In this document: positions 52,001-64,000 of the stretch, piece after piece | Position numbering within the stretch: position 1 is the first letter of the stretch | Layout of the letters: every line of letters begins with the position of its first letter | NCBI GenBank assembly: GCA_964035545.1 | Contig: OZ037767.1 | Span: 13,935,801-13,999,800 of the forward strand | DNA: 64,000 nt | Direction: 5' to 3' | From: Bugula neritina | Lineage: Eukaryota > Animalia > Bryozoa | The notes under the pieces: generated by a model | The model's database searches: none | What the model was told of the DNA's origin: nothing | Seen by the model: only the letters and a program-made list of their open reading frames with translations | Translations under genes and position numbers: made by a program

Positions 52001-53034
52001 GTTGAAGCTAGCCAATCACGTTATCTGTTCTATGTTGTAGTCCTGACACTTCTAAGTCCCACCTGCAGTCACTGACAGACCTCTCTGATCTACATGTGCT
52101 AGACATGGGTATGTTGTGTTGTGATTTGCTTGTATTTTTTCTGTAGGCCCTACTACTGGCTGTCTCTTATCACGTGACGTAGATTTATTTCTATTATTAG
52201 CTAACAGGATGTTAGGTCATTAGTTCATTGTTAAATGCAATATGGGTCATTTTACTTAATTTAGTACACACTGGAAATCTCCAGTTTTTAGCTATTTTTC
52301 ACGATTTAGCTGCTAATGAACATGGGTTTTTGCCCAAAACTAGTAAAATATCAATAAATACACCTAAATAATCAAAGTTCTTCTCAATTTTGCTTGATTT
52401 CCCTCGTTTTTCAATTTATTTTTACCTACTTTTGATTGCGGACCATTACGAAAAAAACGTAATGGTCCGAAATCAAAGGTAGCTAAATAAATTGGAAAAA
52501 ACGTGGGAAATCAAGCAAAATTAAGACGAACCTTGATTATTTAGGTGTATTTATTGATACTTTACTAGTTTTGGGCAAAAACCCATGTTCATTAGCAGCT
52601 AAATTGTGAAAAATAGCTAAAAACTGGAGATTTCCAGTGTGTACTAAATTAAGTAAAATGACTCATGTATGTTGGTTACTAGAGCTTTATAATGGAGTTT
52701 TTTCATGTAAAAATAGCAAAATTTAGGATATTTTATTAAGGTTATGATGTGGCAATAATGGTTAATTAGCTGACATTATTCAGGGTTGTGTTCCTAATTT
52801 AACCAAACCTCTGGAAGGACAACTCTCGTTTTACAATAATTTTCTCTCAATACTCTCCTGTTATATTTTCATTCTCTGAGTTGTATTGTTGCAGCACCTA
52901 GTTTGAGGACGCTGTGCTTGATAGCAGTTCTAGAGCACAAGATTCGCTATGAAGGAGTATTACCTGCGTCACTAACTTGTGAGCTGCATATTCTCTCTAA
53001 GGCAGGGGCTAGTAGGTTGGTGCCCAGTGGATAG
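49033..53034 (+). CDS. KLHDC3: Kelch domain-containing protein 3 (CRL2 substrate receptor), 373 aa; exons 49033-49186, 49428-49589, 50177-50364, 50570-50783, 51266-51352, 51506-51614, 52041-52108, 52895-53034
   Basis: WTAHIEGGPKRVNHAAV..YSFGGYC, PYQRYGHT, ARDGHS, WRDFHSA, GRRSH, FGGTSP, DLSDLHVLD and BC box PSLRTLCLIAV; 1122 nt in frame. Confidence 0.95.
51340..51455 (+). repeat. About 22-bp minisatellite overlapping a KLHDC3 donor site
   Basis: GTATAATAT(C/T)AGTAAC...-type units, 5-6 copies. Confidence 0.85.
52241..52667. mobile_element. Foldback (near-perfect palindromic) MITE
   Basis: About 210-bp inverted arms with few mismatches around an A7 loop (CGGACCATTACG-AAAAAAA-CGTAATGGTCCG); TA at the right flank. 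Confidence 0.9.
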
Positions 53035-54624
53035 CGGACTTCTCCCCCCCCCCTCCCGTACTTCAGCACTCACTGCCTAAACTATAGTCTTTCTACATAC
53101 AAGAATCACATTTATTTTTACACTAGAGATCTTGACTGTGTATACTAGGAAGTATTATATGTAACCTCTACTTGTGACAGAGTAAGCTGGGAAAGCACTA
53201 TACGTCTGCTAAATTCATTCTAGAATAGTCAGACTATCTACATACAGGGTCTTAGATTTTACTAAGCGAACTTTTACTAATGTTTTTGTATTTAATTTGA
53301 ATAATTAGGTCAGTGTTCAGTATTATACTGTACTGTGTACATGCTGTTACATCTGTTGTAACTTATTTATACTAGGTGCTATAATTTCATGCCATTTATA
53401 CCGAACAACTATTTCTCACTACTCGAGTCTTTGGCTCGATAATTTAGTTTACATTTATTTTTCATTCAAATTGTGTCATGTGCATTGGCGTGCAATATCT
53501 AGGTTTATAACTGAAATGGAATCGTTATCTTTAGTGTAGAAAACACGTGGAAATAAGTTGTGTGGAATTGTTGAAATGTAATGCAATATTTACTTGCATT
53601 TCGGTCTTAAATCTAGATATTGTTATTACAGTTTTGAAGGTTGCAGACTGTGTTTTACTTTTTGTATGCTTGCTAAGAATATTAATTTTGTTCAAAGGCA
53701 GAGAGACATCAATGCAGCATGTATTGCAGCCTTTCAAACTTAAATTTTCTTTTTTTATTTAGAACTAATTTTTTTTCATAGCTCCATAAGGTATCTTTTT
53801 ATGAGCTTTTGAACTTCAGGTTTTCTGAGCTTTTTTGCAGCAATATAAACATAGCATAACATAGATGAACAACTCCGCATCATTCTCACATACTTTTTTA
53901 CTGTGGAAGCAAGGCTACCTAATTTATTGAAATTTTGCAATCTATAAATGACAAGTAGCTTGAGTGATTAGATGCTTGTCAACCTTTCAGCTCACACTAA
54001 AATATATTATGTATGATCGAAATGTTGGTAGTGCCAAATACAAATAATTAACGTTATATTACACTAAAGATTGTCGATATGCTTGCCTTTATTAGTTTTA
54101 ATGCATTCAAAAACTAGAGTTTTTGCCCAACAAGTGTGTAACTTCTATAACAATTACAGTTGGACCACTTCCTTACTCTTGAAACCTCTTTGAAAACAAA
54201 ATGCCTTATGTGTAGAGAGTTGTCTTTGCACAAGGAGTTATTTGATTCGATGTGCTCGGAACATAAAGATGTCGGTACGAAATTTTAGTCAACTCCCATT
54301 AGCCTGTGTTCTCAAAATATTTTAAAACGACAGATATTTGAGTTGTAAATCTTCAACCAAGTTTGAACAAAATTATAATTCAAGGCTCTATAATTATGTT
54401 GAGTTATATATCGATGGTTATACAATTACAAAAGCAATAACACAATTTAGGCTCACATTGAATTTGATATCTGATTTTACCAACACCAAAGCTACTAGTA
54501 CTACCATTACTAGTATTGCTCGTTTACTAGTATTAGCATTTGAATGAGTCTGGCTCTAATTGTTATAGTCTGAACATTTTATAAAAAGTTAAAACTGATA
54601 ATAAATTACGAATCAAATATCAAT

Positions 54625-57600
54625 ATGAATATGGCTTCTGCAACTTTACAACTGCTGAAGAAAGCCCTGTTGCTGGATTTTGGAATACAAGGTGCAGGAT
54701 TCCTTGTGTCAGCTGCCTTAAAAACAGAAAAGTTTTATGACCTGACAGGTTCAGGAACCGTTCTTTTACTGACTTATAAATCATTGCAGTGGGGCTCAGC
54801 CAAATTTCCTCGGCAATTCATACAGTCTGGGTGTGCAGCAATTTGGGCAACAAGGTAAATACTAGTTACTGCTAGTGCTATTATTACTATTAGTATTGGC
54901 CTATTACTATTAGTATTAGTGTAATTATTATTTTTCCGCTGAGTCATGGTGAAGGCCAATAGTAGTACTTATGTTAATTTAGTAATATTGTAATGGATTT
55001 TAACGCTCTAGTAATTATATCGCGTCACTATTATAATGGACTTAGCGTAACTTTGTAAATACTGTAAATGCTGTAATTATAGCTAAGCTCCTTGCGTAGC
55101 TTTCTAATGCCTCAAATATTGTAATTATAGCTAAGCTCTTAGTGTAGTAAATAGCGTAATGATTGTGAATTGCCCTTTCTATTATTTTTGTTTGTTTACT
55201 GTAATAGTTTTTGTGAGTTGTATTCCCTGCCACTTTTCTTTTTGTTTTATAAATAATTAACTATGTGAGCCGAAGCTCGTCCGAAGTCGGAACCGATGTC
55301 GGAGGAGCCTGTCCGAGATCGGACCGGATATTTCCGACATCGGTCGCCGGAACTCCGAACTTCGTACGAACTTCGGACCCCTCTGTATATAAGCGTGAGT
55401 TTTTCTAGTATGAATCAGTCTAACACTGGAGCTCACAGAGGAAACATCAATAAAGACTATTAGAATCAATATTTTACAACGACTTTATTTCTATCACAAT
55501 AACTGGCATGCAGACTACTAGTCTATTCTTATAATCCACAAAATCACAACAATATGTCATAGTCCTACTTAATATTTAGTGATACTCATAAACAAAGTGA
55601 TAATGAAAATTATAGTCGCCATCGTTATGTTTTACTATAAATAAAGATATATTTAATTAAAGGTAGCAATCACAATGCAATTAAATTTTACGATGATCAT
55701 TACAATACCTCACTACATACGTCGTAGTAGAGCTCCGTTCACCAGTTGTGTGTTAACTTCTACGAGGTATCAACGAGGTAGTGGTGATACTCATATTGGT
55801 AATCGTAGTCAAAACTATCACGACTATCATAATATTATGAGTATGACTGTCAATATCAGCCTTATTTTAATCAAACTCTGTATTACTCGCAGTAAATGTA
55901 ATGAATAATAAGTAATAATTTTTTATAGATTAACCAAAATGATGCAAGATATAACTAGAAATAGAAATATATTCAATTTTGGATTTTTGTGGGTTTCAGC
56001 TACAGTCAAAGCTTCATTGATTTGAAATTAGTCATGTTTGCTCATTTTCAGGCTTTCAGTTTTTTACCCAAACAACTCACACAAGATACTGTGGTGGCTA
56101 TCTTCATATTGAAATTTTCCATATATCTTATAGGTTATAGTGATAGTATGTGTCAGTTCTTAAGACAACCCTTATATTCAATTTTGTGCATTCTTAATAT
56201 TAATTCCATTGACTTTTTACCAACAATTAATAAAAGAGAAACACTGTCGCAATATTTGATTGTCTGGTTTGTTTTTAAGTAAAGCTCTGTTCTAGTGACT
56301 GCCATTAGCTGTGTATATTTTATGAAGTAGTTGAGGTACTGATGCCTTATTTATATCTCTTTCAGTTTATATAGTGACCTATTTTTAATCTGTTAATACT
56401 GAATCACAAGTCATGTCATTTCATAGTTCGCAAACGATGAAACACAATGTTGGCACTGAATGTGAACATAAAGCTTCTACTTGACATAACAATTGCACCA
56501 ATCACTCCTTAGGAAAAGATTGATTTTAAGTTTTTATTTTATTGAGTTATTAATTTTAGCCACTCTGTACTTGAAATCTATCACAAAAATGAATATAATT
56601 AATGTTTACTACTAGCTTATTTATTTCAACGCTATTTTTCTTCAATACCTTTATCATCCAGTGTTCTTGAAAAGATGGTGATATTAAATGAGCCTGAAAG
56701 TTGTGTAACTAATGCATTTTGGGTGATTTTTAGATTGGGTTTATTTCTTTTCACAAGAATTCTTGCAGATGGTAGAGACCGGAGGTTTAATAAAATAAAG
56801 GGAGATCCAAAACGGTTTTTTGTTGCTTGGTTTTTACAAGGTAAATGTATCAGCTTAGTGCTTCATGGTGTCAGTTTACTACTACAATGTATCAGCTTAG
56901 TACTACAATGTATCAGTTTAGTGCTACAATGTATCAGTTTAGTACTACAATGTATCAGTTTAGTACTAAAATGTGTCAGTACTGCAATGTAACTATAGAT
57001 TTGCTTTTCACATACTGAAAATCAGTAAATTCAAGTACTGGTGGTTGAATGGGGTTCAAAGGTCCTTACCGTTTCAAATGTATTTCTCGTAAGCAAATTC
57101 ATTATTATATTTACAGATTTGTTCTGATGGTACATCACTCGTGTGATTCCTTAGCTACATCAGTTGTTTTTAGACACAACACAGTGTAACCCAAGTCTTA
57201 TTTGCAGGTGTTTGGGTATTCACCAACATCTTGCCCACTCTCATCCAGAACAGTAAAAGTGTTGACGTGCCCATCGGTAAGAAAGAGTATCTGGGTTGGA
57301 GTTCCTGGTTTGTTGGGTTCCTTATACAGATTGTGGCTGATCACCAGAAGTCTGTGTTCAGAGCTAACCCTGCTAATGCTGTAAGTTTGTAACCTTGTAA
57401 TCCAATGAGATACAAGTCTTTATGTGCTAGATGGTCTCTGGTTGGTTGGTTGTTCAATCATCTCAAATCTTATTGAAAGGAAGTAGGTGTAAAATTTTGT
57501 CAAAGTGCTTCAACTAGAAAGATTGAACGATTAGAATAATTCCTGTAGCAGTAAGGACATTATGATGATAATTGTAATCACAACCATATTGATCATCATA

Positions 57601-60351
57601 GTGACTATCATGCTAATCACAATCTTTATTATCGTTACAGTTATAAATTAAGCAAAAGTTGATATAAAATTATAAAACAAGACTTCCCTTCCACTAATGT
57701 TTTCTAGCTCGAATTTTAGCAAATTAATTTTGGTAAAATTACATTTTATTAAAGCAGATTTTAATAGTATTTGGCCAGTGTTAAAATTTTGAAAGGTTTT
57801 CTACCATTTGGGAGTTGTTTTATCATTAGAAAACTCCAATCCTATCAACAATTAGAGTTGAAAAGGTTAAAGAGTAAAGGCCTGGCCTCAAGCTCGTGAG
57901 AATCACACGAAATCATTTATTTGACACGAAAACACAAACGTACAATCAAATTTGAGGGAATTCAAACGAAATCGTCTTCGTTGGGTGCACCCAACGAAGA
58001 CGATGGGCGAAAAATCGCAATTAATGATAAGCACCATATGATTGGTCAATAGAATTTTAGCAACAGTAATTATTTCATTTCTACCACGTTTTTCTGTTTG
58101 GCAATTTTCTGCTGTTTGTATCTCGTGCAAGACTCATTCACGGACTATTTATTATGTGTGTGGCTGGTCATAACGAGAGGATAACTCACGAAAATCGTCA
58201 AATGAGTTTCGTGTGATTCTCACGAGTGTGAGGCCAGGCCTTTAAAGGGTTTTCCGAGAAACATTGCAAGAGATTGTTATGTTTTTATGATATCATGTAT
58301 TTAATCCACTGTTTTTTCCTGGCTATTTTCATTAGCACAATTATATATATTCTGGGGTACACGTATATGCATATACACGTATATTACATTTATTCTGCTT
58401 GGATAATAAATTGCAATGCAACTGTAATGCCGCATTCAGACTACAGTTGAAACTGAACTGTGAACGCATATTCGAGGCTAAGCGTTGAACTCTTTGACCT
58501 CAAAACTGTCTGATTTCTGAACGCAGCAGTCTATTTTTCACTTTGACATGTTGGAGCTAAAATTTTACGTTCATCGATTAGCCAATCACTGGCTGGCAGC
58601 TAAGCCCTTATAGGTTGAGGGCTTCTACTTATTCCACTAGCGAGTATTATTATTTGATTTGGTTCTTCAAGAACAATATGATTTTACTAAATATAATTAA
58701 ATGCTAAATTTGAATATTGGTTTCTGTGGGTACAGCAGAAACTGAGTTACGGCTTCCCCATTGGTTAAAAGTTTACTTAGGAGCTAGAGACAGTATGCGT
58801 TTAGCATTCAGTAGTGTGAACAGCAAAAATAAGGACGTGACGTTGAAGTTACGCCTAGCAGCTCGCAAAATTCGTTCACAGTTCAGTTTCAACTGTAGTC
58901 TGAATGCGGCATTAAGGAATTTGACCTTTGTTTGCACTTTTCGGATATTTCAAACAATTTGCTAGTGTTTAAAACGCAAGCAGAACAACTCTGAAGTAGC
59001 AGAACATTTTTGTTGTTTCAGGTGAATATCTAGTAGAGTTAAACTGAATTTACTGTTTTAATCTTTATACCAGCATAACTTGCTATATTTACTGCTTCCT
59101 TTTATCTTTAAATATGAATAATATTTTTTTCTCTACAGTTCTTAGCTCAAGCAAGAAAATAAACTCACACTCTGTTACTCCTTTATTGGAAAAAAATACT
59201 ATGATTGTTTTAGGATAAATTTATCAGCACTGGGTTGTGGCGGCTTTCTAGACACCCCAACTATTTTGGAGAAATACTGATGTGGTTCGGACTATATTTG
59301 TCGGCATTTGATACACTGAAGGGCTATGATCACTTGGCAGTCATCTCCCCATTATTTTCTACATTTATTCTCACCAAGGTATGCATTATTAGGAGTTATT
59401 CTCTCTATGCGCATCGCATCTCTACTGATGCAATACTCTGATAAAGTTCATGAAAATCGTCAAGTATTAGGAAATATTTTTACAGAGTGAATTAGAACGG
59501 TTTCCTGGCTTTAATTAAAGCAGCGGTGGTCTAGGGGTTAGAGCGTTTGCCTAGTAAGCACAAAGTAATGGGTTTGAACCCTGACAATGTTAGGAAGAGC
59601 ATTCAGTCATAATTGCTCCTGTGCCCCATCTGAATAAGTCCTTAGCCCGATTTAACAAAAACCTCTTCCATCGGGGTTTCTTACAGGGATGGTAACTATA
59701 AACTTGTGTGAGTTTTGTTCCTAGTCTAAGTTGGTTGCATTGTAAGTTGCAGTGTGAACTTGGTGCCAGACTTCATTCATTCACTCGTCTGTTCCGAAGG
59801 TGTTGTCTTTCTTAAAATTTATGCCGAGAATATTGTACCTGCGCTGGCTTTTTAATCTTTGAAGTACTTGCTTGTCTGTAAATTTCACTCTAATACTTGC
59901 TGCAGCATTAAATATTATCACTTAGTCAACGCTACTGCGTCATGAATACATATATTCTGTCTGTTTGTCTCTAACCAACTCCCCCCCCCCCCCCTATTCA
60001 GTAGTCATAAAAACTTTTGTATACTTTATGTAGTGTTTGAATCTTTTATGCTGGACTGTTGTTGTTTCTGCTGCAGTTATGTTATATAATACTAGTATAT
60101 GACTATAACAAGTAATAATATATTTGTACAGTATTATATGCATGTATTGCTGTGTTATTGTAGCTATGTATGTGCTATCAGGGAAGTCGTGTTTTATGAA
60201 TTAGTCATGTTTTGCTTCCTTGTTACAGGTTAGCGGTATTCCAATGCTCGAAAAGTCAGGTCTGAGGCGTTGGGGAAGCGATCCAAACTATCGCAAATAT
60301 TTGGAAGAAACACCGTCGCTAATTCCTTCTTTGGCTAAACTGTTTAAATAA
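54625..60351 (+). CDS. DUF1295 / steroid 5-alpha-reductase-like membrane protein, about 265 aa; exons 54625-54854, 56734-56840, 57208-57380, 59214-59378, 60229-60351
   Basis: KTEKFYDLTGS, WATRLGLFLFTRILADGRDRRF, WFLQGVWV, ADHQKSVFR, FISTGLWRLSRHPNYFGEILMW, VSGIPMLEK...WG..P.Y; 798 nt in frame. Confidence 0.93.
56845..56990 (+). repeat. 21-bp minisatellite (CAATGTATCAGTTTAGTACTA)
   Basis: About 7 units starting just after the donor at 56840. Confidence 0.9.
57878..58241. mobile_element. PIF/Harbinger-like MITE
   Basis: Long TIR AGGCCTGGCCTCA..CTCGTGAGAATCACACGAAA / TTTCGTGTGATTCTCACGAG..TGAGGCCAGGCCT; flanks TAA and TTA. Confidence 0.8.
58428..58911. mobile_element. PIF/Harbinger-like MITE
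   Basis: About 39-bp perfect TIR TGCCGCATTCAGACTACAGTTGAAACTGAACTGTGAACG; flanks TAA and TTA. Confidence 0.85.
59520..59716 (+). mobile_element. tRNA-derived SINE, family B (copy 3)
   Basis: GCAGCGGTGGTCTAGGGGTTAGAGCG...GGTTTGAACCC head, then the shared core GTTAGGAAGAGCATTCAGTCATAATTGCTCC...CCTTAGCCCGATTTAA. Confidence 0.8.
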
Positions 60352-61347
60352 ATACTTAGTTAGTAGCTGTGGAAGATGTAGTATATAACAATTATTCTTT
60401 GGCTCATCTGTTAAATTCATTTTATATTATTTGTTCTATTTTGAGTAGCTTTGATATACAAATAAGATTACAATCCCATTCCTATTGTGCTTCCAATTTT
60501 ATTCCTTATGTGAATGCATTTTGACAAAATAAGCTCAAGGCTTAATGGTTTAATAAAATATATATTTAATTTTTATGTCACTTTTGGTAGTGTTTTGGTG
60601 ATTGTAAAGTTGTTAAGTTTCTTTCATGCCCTCTTTTTATTATAGTGATTGAAGTATATTAGAAATATTTTATTATAATTGCTTGAGGCAATTTTCACTC
60701 ATGTTGACCCTTCATAAATACAATGTGATGCAATCCTGCATAATAATGTTTGTTCACCATGAGCTCATTAGCTCAATGCAGAAGTTGTAGTCTCGTGTCA
60801 ATTGTGATAATGGGGCCGTTTCAGGTGGTTATAAATGTATAAACGAGTTCTCATGTAAATTTCGTCATCCTGCACACAAATAAATGATAATCAAGCAGCA
60901 TGGCAATTAGGTGTTCGATATTTAATAAGTTGTGGAACAGTTTTTTTTAATGACAAAGTTTACCATATGCCTATTACGCGTTGAGTACCCTGAAATGCCT
61001 CTTGACATTAATAGGCTTGTACAATGCCACTCCAGTTTCATGAAGTTAAAAATAATGATGCACTATTTATTTGACAGGCTGTGCACATGCTAGACGTCTG
61101 AGATATTGCATTGCTCTGCAAATAATATTGAGTTATTGTACCAGTTCTATTCAATAACTTGATAATAGCCATTCGACAAGCAGCCCATAGTTTAAACAGC
61201 GAATAATAGGCTCGGCCGTATTAAAAAATAACAGAACAGTGATTGACGGCTAATCGTAACATTAGCGCTGCGCGGGTTATTTCATTTGGTTGCAATTCTC
61301 CGACTAGACTCGCTCGTGACTTGATCGTCGATTACTCTAATATTAGC

Positions 61348-61624
61348 ATGGGGAATTCGCAAACTTTGAGCTGTGCAAGTGGTGAAAAAAGCACAAAAGC
61401 CCAGCAAAAAGAGGAACAGTACAAAAAAGTTCCTGAAGACAAAGTGAAAGAGAATGGAACGTCATCTGAAGAGACACCGGCTGAGGATCACAAGCCTGAG
61501 AATGAAACAGCAGAAGAGCCTGCAGGAACAGAAGAGCCCGCAGCGGCAGGTGAGGATCAAGCTAAGTCTGCTACCGACAAAGATGAGACTGCAGAAGACA
61601 AGCAACAGGAAGAGGCTAAAACCG
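61348..61624 (+). CDS. First coding exon of an unidentified acidic, low-complexity, probably N-myristoylated protein; continues beyond the identifiable sequence
   Basis: GCATGG start context; MGNSQTLSC; E/K/A/T/P-rich; donor G|GTATGA at 61624; CpG-rich upstream region. Confidence 0.75.
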
Positions 61625-64000
61625 GTATGATTTTCTGATGTGATAAACTCATATCGCTCAATACTAATTGTTGTGTAAAGCTGGTCTTTAATTTTTAGTG
61701 GAATAATTTTATGAGTAATATAATTGTTATAAGTTAGAAGTAAGGCTGGTCACCTTCAAGTTAAAGTTCAAGTATTGGTCTACCATTTTGTGAATAATGA
61801 ATATAAGCTGTAAAATGTGCTTGCTTTAAAATTGTATTTGAAAGTTATCTCTAAGGCAATTCACTCCTTAAAAGTAAAAACCGGTCATAAAAAATTAAAT
61901 TGAATAACTGCTAAAATATTTATTCAGCGTTTTAGAACTTTCAACATTATACTTATTAAGCACATTTATCAAATTCGTTAAAAGTGATGTAATTTTGCTA
62001 CTAGTTTCAAGTGTTCATGTGATCTAATACTGATGATATTACTGTAATAATAGCCTAACAAAACTAATACATTCCAAAAGTTGGCATGAAATACACTTAG
62101 AGATTTAATTTCACCTGATTCTCTAAAATATGCAGCAACTGTTCTATTGTGAAAATATAAGCCAACTTTTCATGACTTTGGTTGATAGAATTAAACTCTC
62201 CTGACAATAGCTTTAGATTGGAGCCTAAGCTTTATGCTAGAAGTAAAGGCGGCGAAATCGTTCCAACCTAAGGCTTTTTCTAGGAGTCTACTAAATTTGA
62301 GGAAAAAAAATTAAGTAGTTGTATAAATACTGTTGGTTTCAGTTTTGCTCAACAGAGAGTACTAGATGCTAATTAATGTTGGTTGAAAAGAGTAGACTGG
62401 GATATTGTGCAACATTGACCCAATGTTCCCAGCATGACTTCGCGTCATGTGGCACTGTTGAGGACTTTCCCGCTTTTCTAGATAAGGCAGACTATCTTAT
62501 AACTGAGTAAATATTAAGTCTCAGTTTTACAGCACGAATACGTGTACTTGCTAGCAACTACCTATCTACCGCTATTCACAGTACAGCTGTTCACACACCT
62601 AAACTGTGTTCCTACTCTCACTCGCTCTTCCTATGCCTTCCTTCAATGGTGGCAGAGTTTGGCACGTTCTTCAAATAATAAACAAATTAAAAAGACTCTG
62701 GTTGTTGAATCATCAACTCAAGTGCAAAATAATATCTGTTTGGGCATTCCTATGGTTGATTTGTATACTTGTCAGCAATTTTGGTACACCCATGCTCTGC
62801 CTTTCCCTCTTGGCCTCTACTCTACTAAAACTCAAAGCTAGTTGATGTTTCAGTTAGTGAAAACAACATGTTTTATATACCAGCATCATATTTCATGCAT
62901 TCAATACCCAAGTAGAAATGAACATTGAGCTTTCTTGCTGTAGTTCCAACTGTCAACACTTGCACAAATTAGACTCATAAATGAAGAAATGGTGCAATGT
63001 TTAAAAATGTAGAATTGCAGTTTAGCAACTATGCCTAAATGTTCTCGCTGTAGCTCCCTCGTTATTATGATCATTTCTCTTTGACAGGCTTAAACTAGGC
63101 CTTGGTGGACTTATAGTTGGTATTCTATTTTTGAATAGACTACTAGTGTGTGATCAGTCAGGCTTTTGTATTCCTTTATAATAGTTTACTAGTCAATACA
63201 CGACAGCGCAGTGGAGAACATCTGTTCTTTTCATAACATCAGTATTAGGAGTGGATCGTTTGTACTGCTTCAGCCATTATCTTGTCTGATTGGGAAATCG
63301 TTGGAAATCAAGTTAAACACATGTAGTAGTAGCATATCTGCTCATCAAATCTAAACTGTAGCAATATAGTACTCTTCAGTTACAACAATATCCCTTTGGC
63401 TACGCTGTAAATACTTGAAATAAAATGAATTATTGCGTCTAAGCAGTATTGGAAAATATTGGGTTTACTATAAGTTGAGTTGCTCATAAATATACGTTTG
63501 CTAAAAGCTTAATGTCAATAAATATGCAAGGCTTGTGTTTATTATATCAAGTTTCAAGCCCTACTCTTTTCCTGGCATGACCTAATTTCCGGATAGCTAA
63601 TCTACTTGTATAAAAAATAGAAGTCAGGAATGATTTTTCATACTCAAGTGAGATTGGAATTTGAAAAATTTGCTCTAGTTTTGATAGTAAATATTTATTA
63701 AACTTGGTTGCATTTGAATAAATGATAACTTGTACTAGCTAGTAAGACCAAGTTTTATTGCCAGCGCTTTAACTTCTCCCCAGAATACTGTTGTCTTATA
63801 ACTGCTGGTAGCTAAGCTGTATTCTATAACATGGGAAGGTTTTCTGTTATGAAAGATGGGGATGGAATTTCGTAACCCAATGCAGCAGCTGGCTTTTCTG
63901 TCATGCTTGTCTCATACTTAGAAGTGTGGGAGGCAAATAAGGGCTTCAACAATCACTGTGAAAATTCAAAAACTAAGTTCTGTTGGGTAGACTGACTGGC

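Noticed and set aside
56841-56992. Repeated CISLVLQ peptide
   Set aside because: Read-through of the donor at 56840 into the 21-bp intronic minisatellite.
62542-62845. Two overlapping ORFs near the window end
   Set aside because: No recognisable domain or convincing exon boundaries; probably intronic to the gene starting at 61348.

Overview
AT-rich, intron-containing eukaryotic (metazoan, probably invertebrate) genomic DNA with compact genes; the species cannot be determined from the sequence. I built spliced models by hand from GT/GC-AG junctions and reading-phase continuity. In order: 3' part of ribokinase (RBKS, +); an ankyrin-repeat gene with 39-aa repeats and a decaying 3' tail (+); SPAG7 (-); a divergent SERTA-domain gene (+); SAYSD1 (+); an MCFD2-like EF-hand gene (+); amnionless (AMN, -) with a much-expanded cytoplasmic tail; SRP9 (-); KLHDC3 (+); a DUF1295/steroid-5-alpha-reductase-like gene (+); and the first exon of a probably N-myristoylated acidic protein (+). 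Introns and intergenic DNA hold hAT, Kolobok-like, PIF/Harbinger-like and foldback MITEs, two tRNA-derived repeat families, a LINE fragment, a probable solo LTR, several minisatellites and a perfect 1.9-kb (TG)n. I see no prokaryote-type system (no CRISPR, no operon). The best leads are the AMN tail with six FxNPxY-type modules plus a frame-breaking 28-bp duplication, the 39-aa ankyrin gene with a broken death-fold-like tail, a hexamer-periodic sequence texture concentrated near gene 5' ends, and a repeat family carrying an internal tRNA-like cassette. Family assignments come from remembered motifs, not database searches.
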